This document shows, piece after piece, positions 38,404 through 52,868 of a stretch of 64,000 nt of DNA. This DNA comes from Octopus sinensis (lineage: Eukaryota). Positions within the stretch are counted from its first letter, which is position 1; each line of letters opens with the position of its first letter. The notes beneath the pieces were generated by a model. The model was not told where the DNA came from. It saw only the letters and a list, made by a program, of their open reading frames with translations, and did no database searches. The DNA lies in contig NC_043005.1 in NCBI RefSeq assembly GCF_006345805.1, positions 11,098,001 to 11,162,000 on the forward strand. The letters are read 5' to 3'. The position numbers were made by a program, and so were the translations under genes.

Positions 38404-38794
38404 CTATCTAGCCCATGGCCAGGACAGACGGAGTAGTGCGCCAGTCACCACAATTCAATGTGGCCCTCGTTACTTAAAAACAGTAGAATATGATTTGAGG
38501 GAGATTTGGTAGCTCCTTTTCGTCGAAGACAGGTAGAGTCTTCTTCGTTAATTGGTGTAATAAGATTAGGTTTGTAATCATCAACGTGGAACTTAGTTTT
38601 AAGGTTGTTTATGACTGGTCGTTTTAGTTAGATAGAACTAAAGATGATATGTTCAACGTCTCATAATTTACTATAAAACAATTTAATACGCATTACTGCA
38701 ATATAATATGAATCAAAGAAATTAATACAACTAATGATCTCCAGCTGTAGATCCATGGTTTTTCCAGATCGACGGATGTCTATCTATCTATATC

Positions 38795-39094
38795 CAGTGG
38801 CGGAGTGGGTCTAAAAATATTGGTTGCCAGGAGACTAATTGGGCCCACCCGCAACCTCAAGGGAGCCCACCCGCAACTACAATGCTATCATTTATTATTT
38901 TCTTTTTTGGTTTTTAAAGTATTCTTTCAACTGTTTACAAATACAGCCAGGCTGAAATAATTAATGCATTCTTCCAGGAGTGAATAGAAAATTCTCAAAC
39001 TTAGATACTAACATGGGCCAATATATATGGATTCTAATGGCGCAGGGGCCCACTTGCCATCGGGCAAGCTGGCAACCTGGCCAGTCCGCTACTG
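38795..39094. mobile_element. hAT MITE (300 bp) with 8-bp TSD
   Basis: TIRs cagtggcggagtgg / ccagtccgctactg; tctatatc at 38787-38794 and 39095-39102. Confidence 0.88.
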
Positions 39095-39249
39095 TCTATA
39101 TCTACATATACCCACCCATTATTTACAGTTTCACCGTTAAAAATGATTTACTTCATATCTCTCGAGGTCGCTTAATTCTTATGACGTAAGTAGTGCATTT
39201 ATTATTTTGATTCGTATCTTTCTCAAACTGAGTTGGAATTCGAATTCTC

Positions 39250-39462
39250 TTCTACTCTAGGAACAAGTCCCTAAATTTTGTGGGAGGAGGCCAGTCGATT
39301 TAATCGACCCCAGAACGCAACTGGCACTTAGTTTATCGACCTCGAAAGGATGAAAGGCAAAGTCGACCTTGGCAGAATTTGAACTCAGAACGTAACTGCA
39401 GACGAACTGCGGCTATGCATTTCGCCCGGCGTGCTAACGTTTCTGCCAGCTCGCCACCCTTA
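39250..39462 (-). mobile_element. SINE family B (short-tail variant)
   Basis: Same layout as 1881-2095. Confidence 0.88.
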
Positions 39463-39820
39463 GCTGGAATTTGAATTAAAAAAATACAAAGTGATTACGT
39501 TGTAATGAAATGTTCGTTATCAAATCAGAAAATTAAACAAAAAACGGATTCTGCGTAAAAAAGGATTAGTCCACCTCTCTTTCTTTAAATTGTACTATTC
39601 ACATGTTCTATCAAATGTCTATTCCTCCCTATATGTACACAGCATGAATTAATGTCAAACGAGTTCTTTTAAATATTTTTGCAGATTTCATTATAACAAA
39701 CTGTTCGTTACAACGAAATTTTATTATGCCACGTCAATTTCGTTATAAGTGATTTTAGCCTGTATGCATGCATGTGTGTGTTTGTATGTGCTTGTGTGTG
39801 TTAATGTGAGTGGATGTAAG

Positions 39821-40058
39821 GCGGCGAGCTGGCAGAAACGTTAGCACGCCGGGCGAAATGCTTAGCTGTGTTTCGACTGTCGTTACGTTCTGAGTTCAAA
39901 TTCCGCCGGGGTCGACTTTGCCTTTTATCCTTTCGGGGTCGATAAATTAAGTATCAGTTACGTACTGGGGTCGATATAATCGACTTAATCCGTTTGTTTG
40001 TCCTTGTTTGTCCTCTCTATGTTTAGCTCCATTGTGGGCAATACAGAAATAAAATAAC
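39821..40058 (+). mobile_element. SINE family B with 15-bp TSD
   Basis: gtgagtggatgtaag at 39806-39820 and 40059-40073. Confidence 0.92.
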
Positions 40059-40499
40059 GTGAGTGGATGTAAGTGGGAGAGAGCTAGCAGTTAATGACGC
40101 TCACAGGCATCACTTGGATTTGCACAAATACTCAGATGTGTGTCTAAGTATTCAGATGCACTTGGAGATTGATACGTTAGCCATCTTCTGCAAGAAAGTT
40201 GTTTTCTTACTGGTCGATGGTGAACAAGACAGCCATTACATATTCCAGACAACCTGATGGAAACGTAGAGAACTTATTTAGATCACATATTTAGGTGATG
40301 ACATGAGCTGGGGGAGGAACTAGATTAAGTTTCGTCGGTAATGGAGTTAATAATTTTCGGCTGTAACAGATTCTCTGGGGAATTGTTTCAGGTTGGCTTG
40401 TTAGAACTGAACCAGGACAGAGGTTCATCCGTGACGTCAGAAAGAATTGCAGCCGGATTTTTCTGAGAGAAAGTGTAAAAGATAAAAAACAGAAATAAA

Positions 40500-40572
40500 A
40501 TATACATACATACATTCATATACATTTTACAACATGCATGCATATTTATATATACAATATATATATATATAT

Positions 40573-40631
<59 letters not shown>

Positions 40632-40844
40632 TATATATATATATATATATATATATTAATTTATTATATATATATATATATATATATACATATATATATG
40701 TGTGTATATGTATAGTGTATATGTATATGTGTATAATATATATGTATATGTGTATATGTATATGTATATGTGTATATGTAAATATGTATATATGTATATG
40801 TGTATATGTGTATATGTATATGTGTATATATATATGTATATATA

Positions 40845-40880
<36 letters not shown>

Positions 40881-41367
40881 TGTATGTATGTATGTATGTA
40901 TGCATGTATGTATGTATGTATGTATGTATGTATGTATGTATGTATGCCTAAAGTGAATTGGAGGCGCTTGATATACAACAAGATGGAATGAAATTATCGA
41001 TTTCTTCCAATAAGTTATGTTCAATAAAATTACTTAAGAGTTCTTTGATTTATATAAGAGAAATTTAATCTATACAGTGAATTCTAAAAGCGATATATAC
41101 ACAATATTATTTAATAACATATTTATAATTATGGAACGTACAATATCGGTGCCGGTATTTATAGAAAACTGAAAGTCGTATTACAACACAGGCGTACATA
41201 TACATACTAGCCTGTAGTTGTATTCACATAAATTACATAGACCCACAAATAGATACAAACGCGCATATTCACTTACATAAAAAACAAATGCTTTCTACTA
41301 CACAGAATTAATTCATTGCTTACGTACGCCCAAATATATATATGATATATATATATATATATATATA

Positions 41368-41416
<49 letters not shown>

Positions 41417-41490
41417 ATGTACATGCATATATATATTATATATATACATAATATATATATATATATGTATATATATATATGTATATATGC

Positions 41491-41530
<40 letters not shown>

Positions 41531-42146
41531 TATATATACATATATATACATATATTATACATGTATATATGTTATATATATACATATATATACATATATA
41601 TATGTATATAAATACATGTGCGTATATATACACATTAATATACTATATGTATATATATACATATATATCATATATGTATGTATGTATATATATATATACA
41701 AATGCATATACATGCATATATATATATATAAATAATAAATATATATATATATCATATATATACAGTGTATATATATACAAACACACTTATATGCGTGTGT
41801 ATATGCATATTATATGTCTATATATGTGCATACATATAAATACACACACACACACATATGCATGCATGTGTATATGTGTGGGAGTACGTATCCTCATACA
41901 TGCGCACACTCAAACTCACACACACATGTGAATAGTAGATTTATAAGTCCCACACGATGCATATGTCAATTCACCTAAAATTGAAATTTTTTTTTTACTG
42001 TCAGTGCTCAATAAAATATTAAAAGTTGATTAGAGCTTTGATAAGAAAGTCTATGTAAAGAACATAATGAAATAATCTTGTAGACGTATATCATATATAT
42101 ATGTATATGTATATGTATATATATATAATATATTAGATATAGTATA

Positions 42147-42210
<64 letters not shown>
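40500..42210. repeat. Long (TA)n/(TATG)n microsatellite blocks
   Basis: Directly visible, interrupted by short unique stretches. Confidence 0.9.
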
Positions 42211-42513
42211 ATATATATATATATTACCTCGTTTCTAACCGGTATGTTTCGCTGCTTCAGCACATCACATAAACTGGGGATTGATAAAGACGAATGAGAA
42301 TTTCAGTGACAGATTTATATAGATGCGTGTGTAGGTGTGTGGACATCTATCAATATATAAGTGTTTATGTGTGTGTGCGTGCATGTATATGTGTGTAGTG
42401 TGTGTGTGTGTGTGTGCGTGTGCAGTATGTGTACGTGTGTGTGTGTGTGTGTGTCTGTTTACACTTATACATAACTATATACATACATATGCATTACATA
42501 TGTATATATATAG

Positions 42514-42546
<33 letters not shown>

Positions 42547-42774
42547 ATATATATATTTACATGTATATACACACATACAAACACAAGCACACTCACACAT
42601 GATTGAACGTGACGCCAAAGAACAAATGGAGAGTTGGAAGCAATATATATAATAGTATCTCCCCAAAAAACGAAGAGCAAAGCAAACACAGAAGAAAAAA
42701 AAACAACAACTGAGGACGTGGTACATTGCAAGTATATTATCAGACGCTCAAGGAAGGAAAGCTCTTCTTAAGAA

Positions 42775-42874
42775 NNNNNNNNNNNNNNNNNNNNNNNNNN
42801 NNNNNNNNNNNNNNNNNNNNNNNNNNNNNNNNNNNNNNNNNNNNNNNNNNNNNNNNNNNNNNNNNNNNNNNNNN
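42775..42874. other. Assembly gap (100 N)
   Basis: Run of n; continuity across it is uncertain. Confidence 0.99.
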
Positions 42875-43049
42875 GTGAAAGGGTAGCGGGGCGAAGTCAA
42901 AGGTGTTGATGGTGGTGGTGTCAGGAGTCTGAATGGTTGTGTTATGGCAGTGAGTTGTGTGGTACTGGTGATGTTTGAAAATAGTCACAGAAGGAGAGAG
43001 AGATGGAGAGAGGAGAGAGAGGAGAGAGCGAGAGAGGAGAGAGAGAGAG

Positions 43050-43085
<36 letters not shown>

Positions 43086-43892
43086 GGAGAGAGGTCAGAG
43101 AGAAAAAATTGTACTGACCCCCGAATGGGAAGACAAAAATGTTCTTTATCATGAAGCTTTGCAATAAGTTCCACGTCGACATATTAAATCATTGTTTTGA
43201 CGAAAATTCTTCACTGCTTGAAAAATATTAATCAAGTTTAATAAAATTTAATATGTACTCAATGCATGAAGTGTCATTATAGGGCTCAAGGCCCAGTGAA
43301 GAACCCTCCACATATAATATATGTGTTCTTCTGCTTCCTACTATCCTTCTTTTACAGTCCCTTACTTTTGCTTTTAATTTATCTGCTTCCTTAATGAACA
43401 ATTTCTTCGAACTAGCATCTCTTATGCTAACATTATATCTTTAACCATTAATCTTTCCCCTATTAGTTTACATTCGGGGCTGTCGCTACATCACAAGATC
43501 ATCGTAGATCGTATCCAAAAAGAAAACCATTCCACTGATAGGTGAAGAATCATTCAGCAACAAAACCACAGGAGCAAGATCTCTTTTCTCTGTCTTTTTA
43601 ACCGTCACAATAGTGTCTTCTGTTTTTTCCGAAATAATTGCATATTAAAACCCTGATACAATTATTTACTTTTCTGCCGTTCTCTTATGAATCTTGATTA
43701 AACTACAAAAGTTATGGAGGCTACACGATAAAGTACCCCTGATACATGCCTCAAATCGGATGAATTATAAAATTTTAAACTAGTGGCAGCATTGCTTCAA
43801 GGTTTTTTGACTAAGGACAAAGTATTATTGATTTCAATTTTCATGAACATAAAATGAAAGGATGCAGGAGAGTCCAGTTGAAGTTGCGAACT

Positions 43893-44121
43893 TCTGCTAG
43901 GGGGACAAACACAGACACACAAACATACACGCACACACACATATATATACATATATACGACAGGCTTCTTTCAGTTTCCGTCTACCAAATCCACTCACAA
44001 GGCATTGGTCGGCCCGGGGCTATAGCAGAAGACACTTGCCCAAGGTGCCACGCAGTGGGACTGAACCCGGAACCATATGGTTGGTTAGCAAGCTACTTAC
44101 CACACAGCCACTCCTGCGCCT
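43893..44121 (-). mobile_element. SINE family A, 5' half
   Basis: Reverse complement of the family A head and body. Confidence 0.88.
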
Positions 44122-44239
44122 ATGCATACTTCTGTTTAATATGTCTTGCCAGGGTGAGACACAAAATATGCTAGTCACTGTAATGTACGTGAAAGGAGAA
44201 ACACTTCTCTTTTTTATGACGACCCATTGCCGTAGAAGA

Positions 44240-44285
44240 TTCTGGGACACCGGTGTTTCGACTTATTGTGTCTCATCAGTCAGAA
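44240..44285 (-). ncRNA. Minimal type-I hammerhead ribozyme, canonical core
   Basis: TTCTGA-CTGATGA-GAC(ACAATAA)GTC-GAA-ACACCGGTGT-C-CCAGAA: intact CUGAUGA/GAAA/GUC; first pair of stem I is an A-C mismatch. Confidence 0.75.
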
Positions 44286-44916
44286 GTACCCCGGACCTTT
44301 GAGTCTAGCCAAGCAGCTTGCTTTTGATTATACATTCAGTGAACAAAATATTTAATGATCAGTGCTTATGTTTACTAATCAATATAAAACCGTTGCTTGC
44401 ACTGTGTAGAGTGAGATCTGGAACAAATATTTACATGTTTATATTTAATATATCTAGGCCGGTTCAATCGCAAAATATGCCACTGGAAGCAAAAATATTC
44501 GTTTGTGCATCTTTCGTTTCGTACTCGCAGACAAACTGTCGACTTATTGGTAGTACTACTACTTGTTATCATCATCATCGTCGTTGTTGCTATTGTTGTT
44601 GTTGTTGTTGTTGTTAATATTATTATTGTTATTATTATTATGAGGATTAATTGTTTTATTTTGCTGGGTCTGATAGAAAATGTCAGACTAAGGTAACGTT
44701 TGTTTATTGATCATCCTTCAAGAACGCTGCGGAGGAGGTCCGACGATACGTTTTGAGTTCAAATTCCGCCGAGGCCGACTTTGCCGTTCATCCTTCGGGA
44801 TCGAAGTACCAGGGAAACACTGGGGTCAATACAATCGACTAGTCCCTTGCGCAGAATTTTGAGGTATTGTGCCTTTAGTAGAAGGGAATCTTCTTCTTCT
44901 TCTTCTTCTTCTTCTT

Positions 44917-44986
<70 letters not shown>

Positions 44987-45403
44987 TACTACTACTACTA
45001 CTACTACTACTATACTACTACTACTACTACTACTATCTTTCACAGGGCAGTGGGCTGGCAGAGTGATTGAATGCCCGGAAAAAATTCTTTGTAATATTTG
45101 TTTCATCTAAGCTCAAATCCTGCGACGGTCAACTTTTCCTTTCGTCCTTCCAGGGACTGTAAAATTCAGTACTGTGGGTCGATATTAACGTCTGTTCCTT
45201 GCCCAAAAATTTCTGGCCACGTATCTATTTTGGAAAGAATTATTATCGCTTATTCAAAGGGGGAAAAAAACAATGCAGTGACTCTTTTCAGAGCGTCCAT
45301 GACCAGTGGGAGGTATATATATAAAAAAGAGATTTAGCCTTAGTTGGCGGAAGAAGGATCGGATCTGGTCTGAATATTTGCAACAGAGTGAAATCCTCTA
45401 AAA

Positions 45404-45850
<447 letters not shown>

Positions 45851-48800
45851 CTCTAAAAGCATCAAAGACTCAAGTTATATTGTTATAGTGGGTGACAGAT
45901 TCTTTCACCTAAATACAGAAACTTTGCTTGCGAGCGATGGCTATCAAATAGATTCCATCCACCAAAATTTACCTCCAAAATACAAACCAGTTCGTGGTTG
46001 TAGTAGAAAATATTTGCTAATGATGTCGTAAAGTGGGAATGAACCCCAAATCATGTACTTGTGTTGCAAAATTTTGTAGCCTCGCATCCATGCCTGCAAC
46101 CACTACAACAACTCAACTAAATTTTAATTCACAAAAAAAAACAAAAAAAAAATTAGAAAGAAGAAAGAAAAAAGAAAGAAAAACGAAAATGTTTACGAAA
46201 TCATAATATTTATGTTATATCCAATGTACAGCTTAAAATATATTCTGCAAATATCACAATGTCGGTGTAATCGATATATTAACATTCAAGTAAAATGTTG
46301 TAGACAAATTGGAAAACATATGTAAAGTGGTTTTGAATAAAAACTCTTAGTTTCTACCGATACAAAATATTTTACTGATATTGAAGGAAATGACGAGTAA
46401 TGTAGCGGTAGAATCAGCCAGTATTGGATACAAAGACTTGTGATATTTAAAAGCTAAACAGCCGAGTGGAAAAAACAGGGGCATCATCTGCGTGAAAAAT
46501 ATCAGTTTATTGTATATATTTACCTAAGTTAAAATTGTTGAAAACATTACATTTATATCAAACTATACGACACTAGCTTAGGTATTGTTAAGCAACAAAG
46601 TAGTTAAAAAATAATTATGAATAGAGCCATCGCTAAGCCCCTGTAATCCCTGCGGTCGCAGGGGGCCTCTGCAGTTGAGAAGCCCCATGTCAAGATCAAA
46701 TTACGTTGATGAGTCATCTATTTACTTTGGTTAAGATTTTGAACAAGAATTAAACTATCTATGTTAACAGAAAATTTCAAGAAATAAAACGGTAATACAT
46801 TGTATCTGCAAAATTTCTTGTAAAAATATTACTTTGTACCACGAGCGTCCCTACCTAAACAGGCTTTGTGTACTCTGACCCTTGTTACTCACATATCTGG
46901 AAGCTTTACTTATTGAAGTTTGTAATAGACCTAAATATATTTAACTTGTACTTTAAAAGGTGTTCTGTAGGATAACGTGAAATATTGAACTTCAGATAGA
47001 ATGAAGTAAAATATAGCTAGGAATAAAAGGGGTGCAGATTATGAATTTTGATTGAAAGGATGGGGCGTTGAAGCAAAAAGTTGCAGGAGGCCTTTAAACG
47101 TCATGGGACGCGCCTGATAATGAAGTGAAATAAAGATTATATTTTCTTAACATTTAACATTTTAATCATTCCTAAAGAGACGGAGAAGATATAATACAAC
47201 CGAAAAACAACCTAAGTTTTTTTCCTCAGCAGAATTTTAAAAATAACATTAGTCATTGAGCTCGGTTTGTATTTTTTTCTCTACATTATTAATTTCATCT
47301 TTCTGATGCCTACCGAATTAAATATACCATCACTAACTCCACGTAGAGTATTTAGTTATTGACATTTCCGTTCTGAATTTAAATCTCGTTGCCATTCATT
47401 TAAGTCTTTCAATCTAATGCCGCTGATGGAATAATAGTTATTAATCTAATGGGTACCACTCTTTGGAGTATTTTCTTAAAAAGGGCAGTATCCATAACCT
47501 TTAGAGGATATCCGAAGCTAGTGGGCGAGAGAGAAGAGAACCCTCTTCTCTCTTTTCCTTAAACGGAAAAGCCAGGCTGAATGCTTGAAACTAAGGTGTC
47601 AGGCGGTGGCGGTGAACTGGATAACGGATTTATTCTCAGAATATACAGAGTCCGAACAAATGCTGCAAGGCATTTATAGTTCAATGTTCTTGTAGTTCCG
47701 CCATTTCACCACACTGTATCGGTCCTGAAAAGATGAATGGCAAAGTTAAGTTCAGTGCAACTTTAATTTAGAGCGTAGAGAGTTAGAAGAAATTACGTGA
47801 GATATTCTACGTTTGGAGGTAAGGAAAAAAAACGCCGTAATGTCAGTTAATAGACTGTATGTCTGGCCTGAAAAGTTTGTTGAGTTGTTTTCGTAAAAAA
47901 CAAAACAAAAAAAAACAAAAAAAAACATTACCAGTAAAAAGCTGAATGAAACTCTGTAATTAGAGTTCGTGTTGACTGAAATTGAGAGATAGATTAAAAT
48001 ATGCTTTGTGAAAAGTGAAGGCAAAGTCTTAATCTAAATAATTAGAATAGTAGTAGTAATGGTGGTGATGGTAGTGGTGGTGGTGATGATGATGATGATG
48101 ATGATGGTTTCCAATTAAGGCACAAGGCTAGCAGTTTTGAGTGGAGGGGATTAGTCGATACCATCAACCCCTGTACATGACTGAGGTTGATAGTATCGAT
48201 TAAACCAGAAGGATGAAAGGTGAATTTGACCCATAGCGAGATTTCAGCTCAGAACATAAAGAACAGGAACGAGTGTTTCAAAGCATTTTGATAAAGCGCT
48301 AACGATTCTGCCAAACCAGTACCTTGTTTTTAGCAAAAGCACAAAGCTTCAATGGTGGTGAAATCGCCCCAACTAATTGGTGACGCTTCTCGAAAAAGAA
48401 TACCGTCAAGTAACAATGTTTTTGCTATTAAAATCCTAACAAGCTTGTCTTCACACCACTTCTTTTTATCTCTACACTTATCACCAGCTTGTTTTGTGCT
48501 ACAAAGCGACATCGATCCAGAGGTCAATATCAATGGCAGAACCTTTCTCTGGCGTCGCTATCTGCTCCGTGTTTTGCGGTATGAGCCCATGAGCAAATGT
48601 TTCGTACACTATCTTTGCATGTATTTCTTTCTGTTTGCATTCGATTTCGAAGATCAAATAGTCAGTGTCGTATGAGCTTTCCGGTCAAATGAGATCCTAA
48701 GCAAGACATCAGCTAGAGCCTCCCTTAGTTGGTGCTTTGAGGATACAGAGAAAATCCCTGTTTCGTTTGTGAGACTCTCGGACATTTTCTTCAATCCCGA

Positions 48801-49576
48801 CTCTTCAACAAGTTCTTCAGGTTAGGAGACAGAATCCCTAGTCATATAATTATATCACAACACCCCAAATTATGATCACTCCATACTCAAAACCCTCTTG
48901 TTGCTAGAAACAGAAGTTACAGAAGACGTTTTGTTGTAGTACTTGTTACGTTTTTCTGCTAGAATTTTAGCTGATGCTATTTTGTGTTATCAATCGAGTT
49001 GTGTATCACTGGAAAATTCCATTTCCTTTAGCATAATTTTTAACCACAAATAATTGTGCTATTTTGTTTACATGAGTTTTGTTTCTCTTTCATTTCATCG
49101 CCATGACTAAATTTTCCGAAAGCAGAAAAATTGGTTTGGTGAATTAAATTCATTTATCTTTCTTCAAATATGTAAAAAAAAAAAAAAAAAATAGTGCTCA
49201 GAATAAGAACCTACTTCTCTTTAACATTATTCTGCTAAAAACGCATTGAGGTTAGTGTATCGTGGAATGAATGCTTTGAAAACACGAGTGAAGGGCTGAA
49301 TGATTTTACAAAGAAAGAAACAGCAAAAACCAAACCAATAACAACAGCAACAACAACAGCAAAAATAGTAGTAGTCGTAAAAGTAATAATAATCCTTTTC
49401 TATTATAGTCACAAGGCCTGGAATTTAGTGGGAGTGGGCTGGTCATTTACATCTGGAAATTATTTCATCGACCCCGAAAGGAAAAAAGAGACAAAATAAA
49501 GCTCGGCTGGAATTGAACCCAGAACGTAAAGACTGGCGAAATGCTAGGCATACTCCTCCTCCTCCTCCTCCTCCTA

Positions 49577-49611
<35 letters not shown>

Positions 49612-49618
49612 AATAATA

Positions 49619-49649
<31 letters not shown>

Positions 49650-50035
49650 TGGTGATGATGATGCTGATGATGATGATGATAATAATAATAATAAGATAAA
49701 ACACTGTTCCGAAATCTATCCAAGAACATCGGAAATAAAGACATCGCATGGAGCCAAAAATAGCTGACAAAGGAATGGACTAAATCCGAGTGATACTCAT
49801 TGAAATTTATAACTATTTCCCAAATGAAATGATATATTTTAACTGGATATAATCTCCACTGCTCGCACAGCACATGTAAACATGCTTGATACATTATGAT
49901 CCATGAACACCAGACCATCTCCGGCCCCAAACACCATGTACAAAAAAATTACAAATAAATTAAATAATACCGGTATTATTCAACCCAAGAATAAAAATCG
50001 AGAAGTGCGTACTTTAAACTTGTTACTCAAAAAGT

Positions 50036-50422
50036 GTGGAGGCGCAATGGCCCAGTGGTTAGGACAGCGAACTCGCGGTCATAGGATCGCGGTTTCGATT
50101 CCCAGACCGGGCGTTGTGAGTGTTTATTGAGCGAAAACACCTAAAGCTCCACGAGGCTCCGGTAGGGGATGGTGGTGATCCCTGCTGTACTCTTTCACCA
50201 CAACTTTCTCTCACTCTTACTTCCTGTTTCTGTTGTACCTGTATTTCAAAGGGCCGGTCTTGTCACTCTCTGTGTCACGCTGAATATCCCCGAGAACTAC
50301 GTTAAGGGTACACGTGTCTGTGGAGTGCTCAGCCACTTACACGTTAATTTCACGAGCAGGCTGTTCCGTTGATTCGGATCAACCGGAACCCTCGTCGTCG
50401 TAACCGACGGAGTGCTTCCACC
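50036..50422 (+). mobile_element. SINE family C, 11-bp TSD
   Basis: actcaaaaagt at 50025-50035 and 50423-50433. Confidence 0.93.
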
Positions 50423-50433
50423 ACTCAAAAAGT

Positions 50434-50830
50434 ACGAAAACCTACACGTGCAAAACAATTTGACAACAGAAATGAACGGACCGGTTCCTACGAAAATGAT
50501 GACCGTCAAAATAAAGGGCCGGGCGTTGTTCCTTAAGTCCCGCACATAAAACCAAAAAGGCATAAATGGACACGTGAGAAATATATTTCAATCCTACAGG
50601 CTTACTTTACAGCTTTGCTCTACCCAAAGAACGAAAACACAACAACATACACATATAAAATATGGAACATACAGAAAATTGCACTACTGGGCACTGCACA
50701 CATCCTACGCAAAATACTTTCAATACAGTAACCATCAGAGCACCACAACAAATTACAGCACATACCCAAGGCACACAGAGCTGCGCTCGGTAGTGAAGTG
50801 AAAGCACGCTATAAAAATAAAACTACTAAA
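50434..50830 (+). mobile_element. Internally deleted R4/Dong-type element (N-terminal motif fused to C-terminus)
   Basis: Frame 50537-50731: ..KPKRHKWTREKYISILQAYFTALLYPK..TYTYKIWNIQKIALLGTAHILRKILSIQ*; 3' UTR ends in (AAC/AAT)n. Confidence 0.65.
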
Positions 50831-50859
50831 TAACAACAACAACAACAACAATAATAATA

Positions 50860-51435
50860 ATAACAATCCTTTCTGCTATAGGTATAAGACCCGAAATTTG
50901 GTGAGGAGGAGGATAGTCAATTACATCGACCCCAGTGCATAACTGGTACTTAATTTATCGACCCCGAAAGGATGAAAGACAAAGTCGACCTCAGCGGAAT
51001 TTGAACTCAGAACGTAGCGGCGGGCGAAATACCTATTTAACTACTCACAAGACGCTAAACACAGAGAGGACAAACAAGGACAGACAAACGGATCAAGTCG
51101 ATTATATCGACCCCAGTGCGTAACTGGTACTTAATTTATCGACCCCGAAAAATGAAAGGCAAAGTCGACCTCGGTAGAATTTGAACTCAGAACGTAGCGG
51201 CGGGCGAAATACCTATTTAACCACTAACAAAGGGCTAAGCACAGAGAGGACAAACAAGGACAGACAAACGGATCAAGTCGATTATATCGACCCCTGTGCG
51301 TAACTGGTACTTAATTACGAAAGGATGAAAGGCAAAGTCGACCTCGGTGGAATTTGAACTCAAAACGTAGCGACGGGCGAAATACTGCTAAGCATTTCGT
51401 CCAGCGTACTAACGATTCTGCCAGCTCGCCACCTT
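50860..51435 (-). mobile_element. SINE family B trimer
   Basis: One full head and two headless units; last unit ends in the short-tail variant. Confidence 0.88.
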
Positions 51436-52489
51436 AGTAATAATAATAATGATAACAACAACAACAGTAATAATAAAAATTGAGTTAAGCTTTTGAAGAT
51501 CATTTAGGCTAGAGAAGGCTGAGCGATTAAAACCTTGATGTGATTAGCTGAAGTTTAATTATTCATACGAACAAGGAAGTAGGAAATGACTTGAGAATGC
51601 TGTCATATAGAAAGGGTACTTAACACATTCCGTCTGAAGCAGAGATTAAAGCGGAAACAGAGTGTGTTGGGGGTGAGGAACAGTAAAGCAGAGTTGTTGC
51701 GAAAAAATATTTTGGAAGTTGATGTCTAAACTTTCCTAATTGAGAAATTAAATAATTAAGGATGAAAAGTATATTCTAATTAACAGTACGTTCTGTGCTT
51801 GTTACACCCTAGAAAGGAACTGGATCCATTTATCTTGTGGGAGAAGGGGGTTTCAATGAATAAAAATTAGGTTAAGATATAAATACTAATTACGTGTGTG
51901 ATGTTTTTACTTAGACACTTCGCCAAAATATCATGTTTTAGAAATTACCTGTGGTTTTAGTAACTCTCTTTTCTTGCCTCTGATTCTTCCCCCATTCTTC
52001 CCCTATTCTTATTTGCACCGTCATTTCTATTGCTAAGCCAATCCTGTTTCTTCTCCCCTCTTTGATTCCTTCCTTCTCTCTCTCTCCCCCTTGGTGCCTT
52101 CGTCCCTTTCTTTCTCTCTCTCTTTGATTCCTTGCTCCCTGCTTTTCTTTTTCTTTCTCTTTCTTCCGTGCTCTCACGTGACCGCATTCAAACCGGTCTT
52201 TTCGGCTTGACCGCTGCCATGTTAACGTTTGTTTTCGTTTTGCCGCAAAGGCATTTTTCAAATACGCCAGCCAAGATAAGTTAAAAATTGTCTAAAGTCG
52301 TAAGACACCCACTGTTTTTGTCCTGCTTACCATTCTTGATTTTTATTTCTATTTTTTGTTTCTTGTATTTATATTCGTTTGGCATCCTGTCTTTGTTTCG
52401 TATACATTCTATCCTCTTTCCAAGAAATCTAATGCCTGTGGCTTAGTTTTTCCTTGGGGCTGGCCGGTTCGGAGTGATATCGAGATTAA

Positions 52490-52631
52490 ACAGCCGAAAT
52501 TGCTAAGATAATCCGGTTCCGACTGAAGATTAGAGGCTTTCGAGTGACCCGTCTGTTTTTTTTTGTGTCGTCTCTTTGTGTGTTTTTGCGTTCTTGTCCC
52601 ACTTTGTAATTTATATTTTATATTTAATTTC

Positions 52632-52662
<31 letters not shown>

Positions 52663-52814
52663 ATACGACGGACGTCTTTTATTTTCCACTCACAAGGCTT
52701 TATTCGGCCGGAGGCTATAGTAGAAGACACTTGCCCAAGGTGCCACATTGTGGGACTGAGTCTGGAACCATTGTGGTTGGAAAGGAAGCTTCTTACAACA
52801 CAGCCACTCCTGCG

Positions 52815-52868
<54 letters not shown>

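Noticed and set aside
42775-42874. N run as a biological feature
   Set aside because: Assembly gap placeholder.
46893-46930. Possible 38-nt minus-strand exon (tttag/GT..TAT/gtgagt; LLQTSISKASRY)
   Set aside because: Splice-like signals this short occur by chance; no partner exons or recognisable protein.
50860-51435. Tandem repeats as a CRISPR-like array
   Set aside because: Units are ~185-bp SINE bodies with no unique spacers; eukaryotic context, no cas genes.
52490-52560. ctgaaga...cga motif as a hammerhead
   Set aside because: No paired stem II or GAAA-palindrome-UH arrangement in any of the three arm copies.
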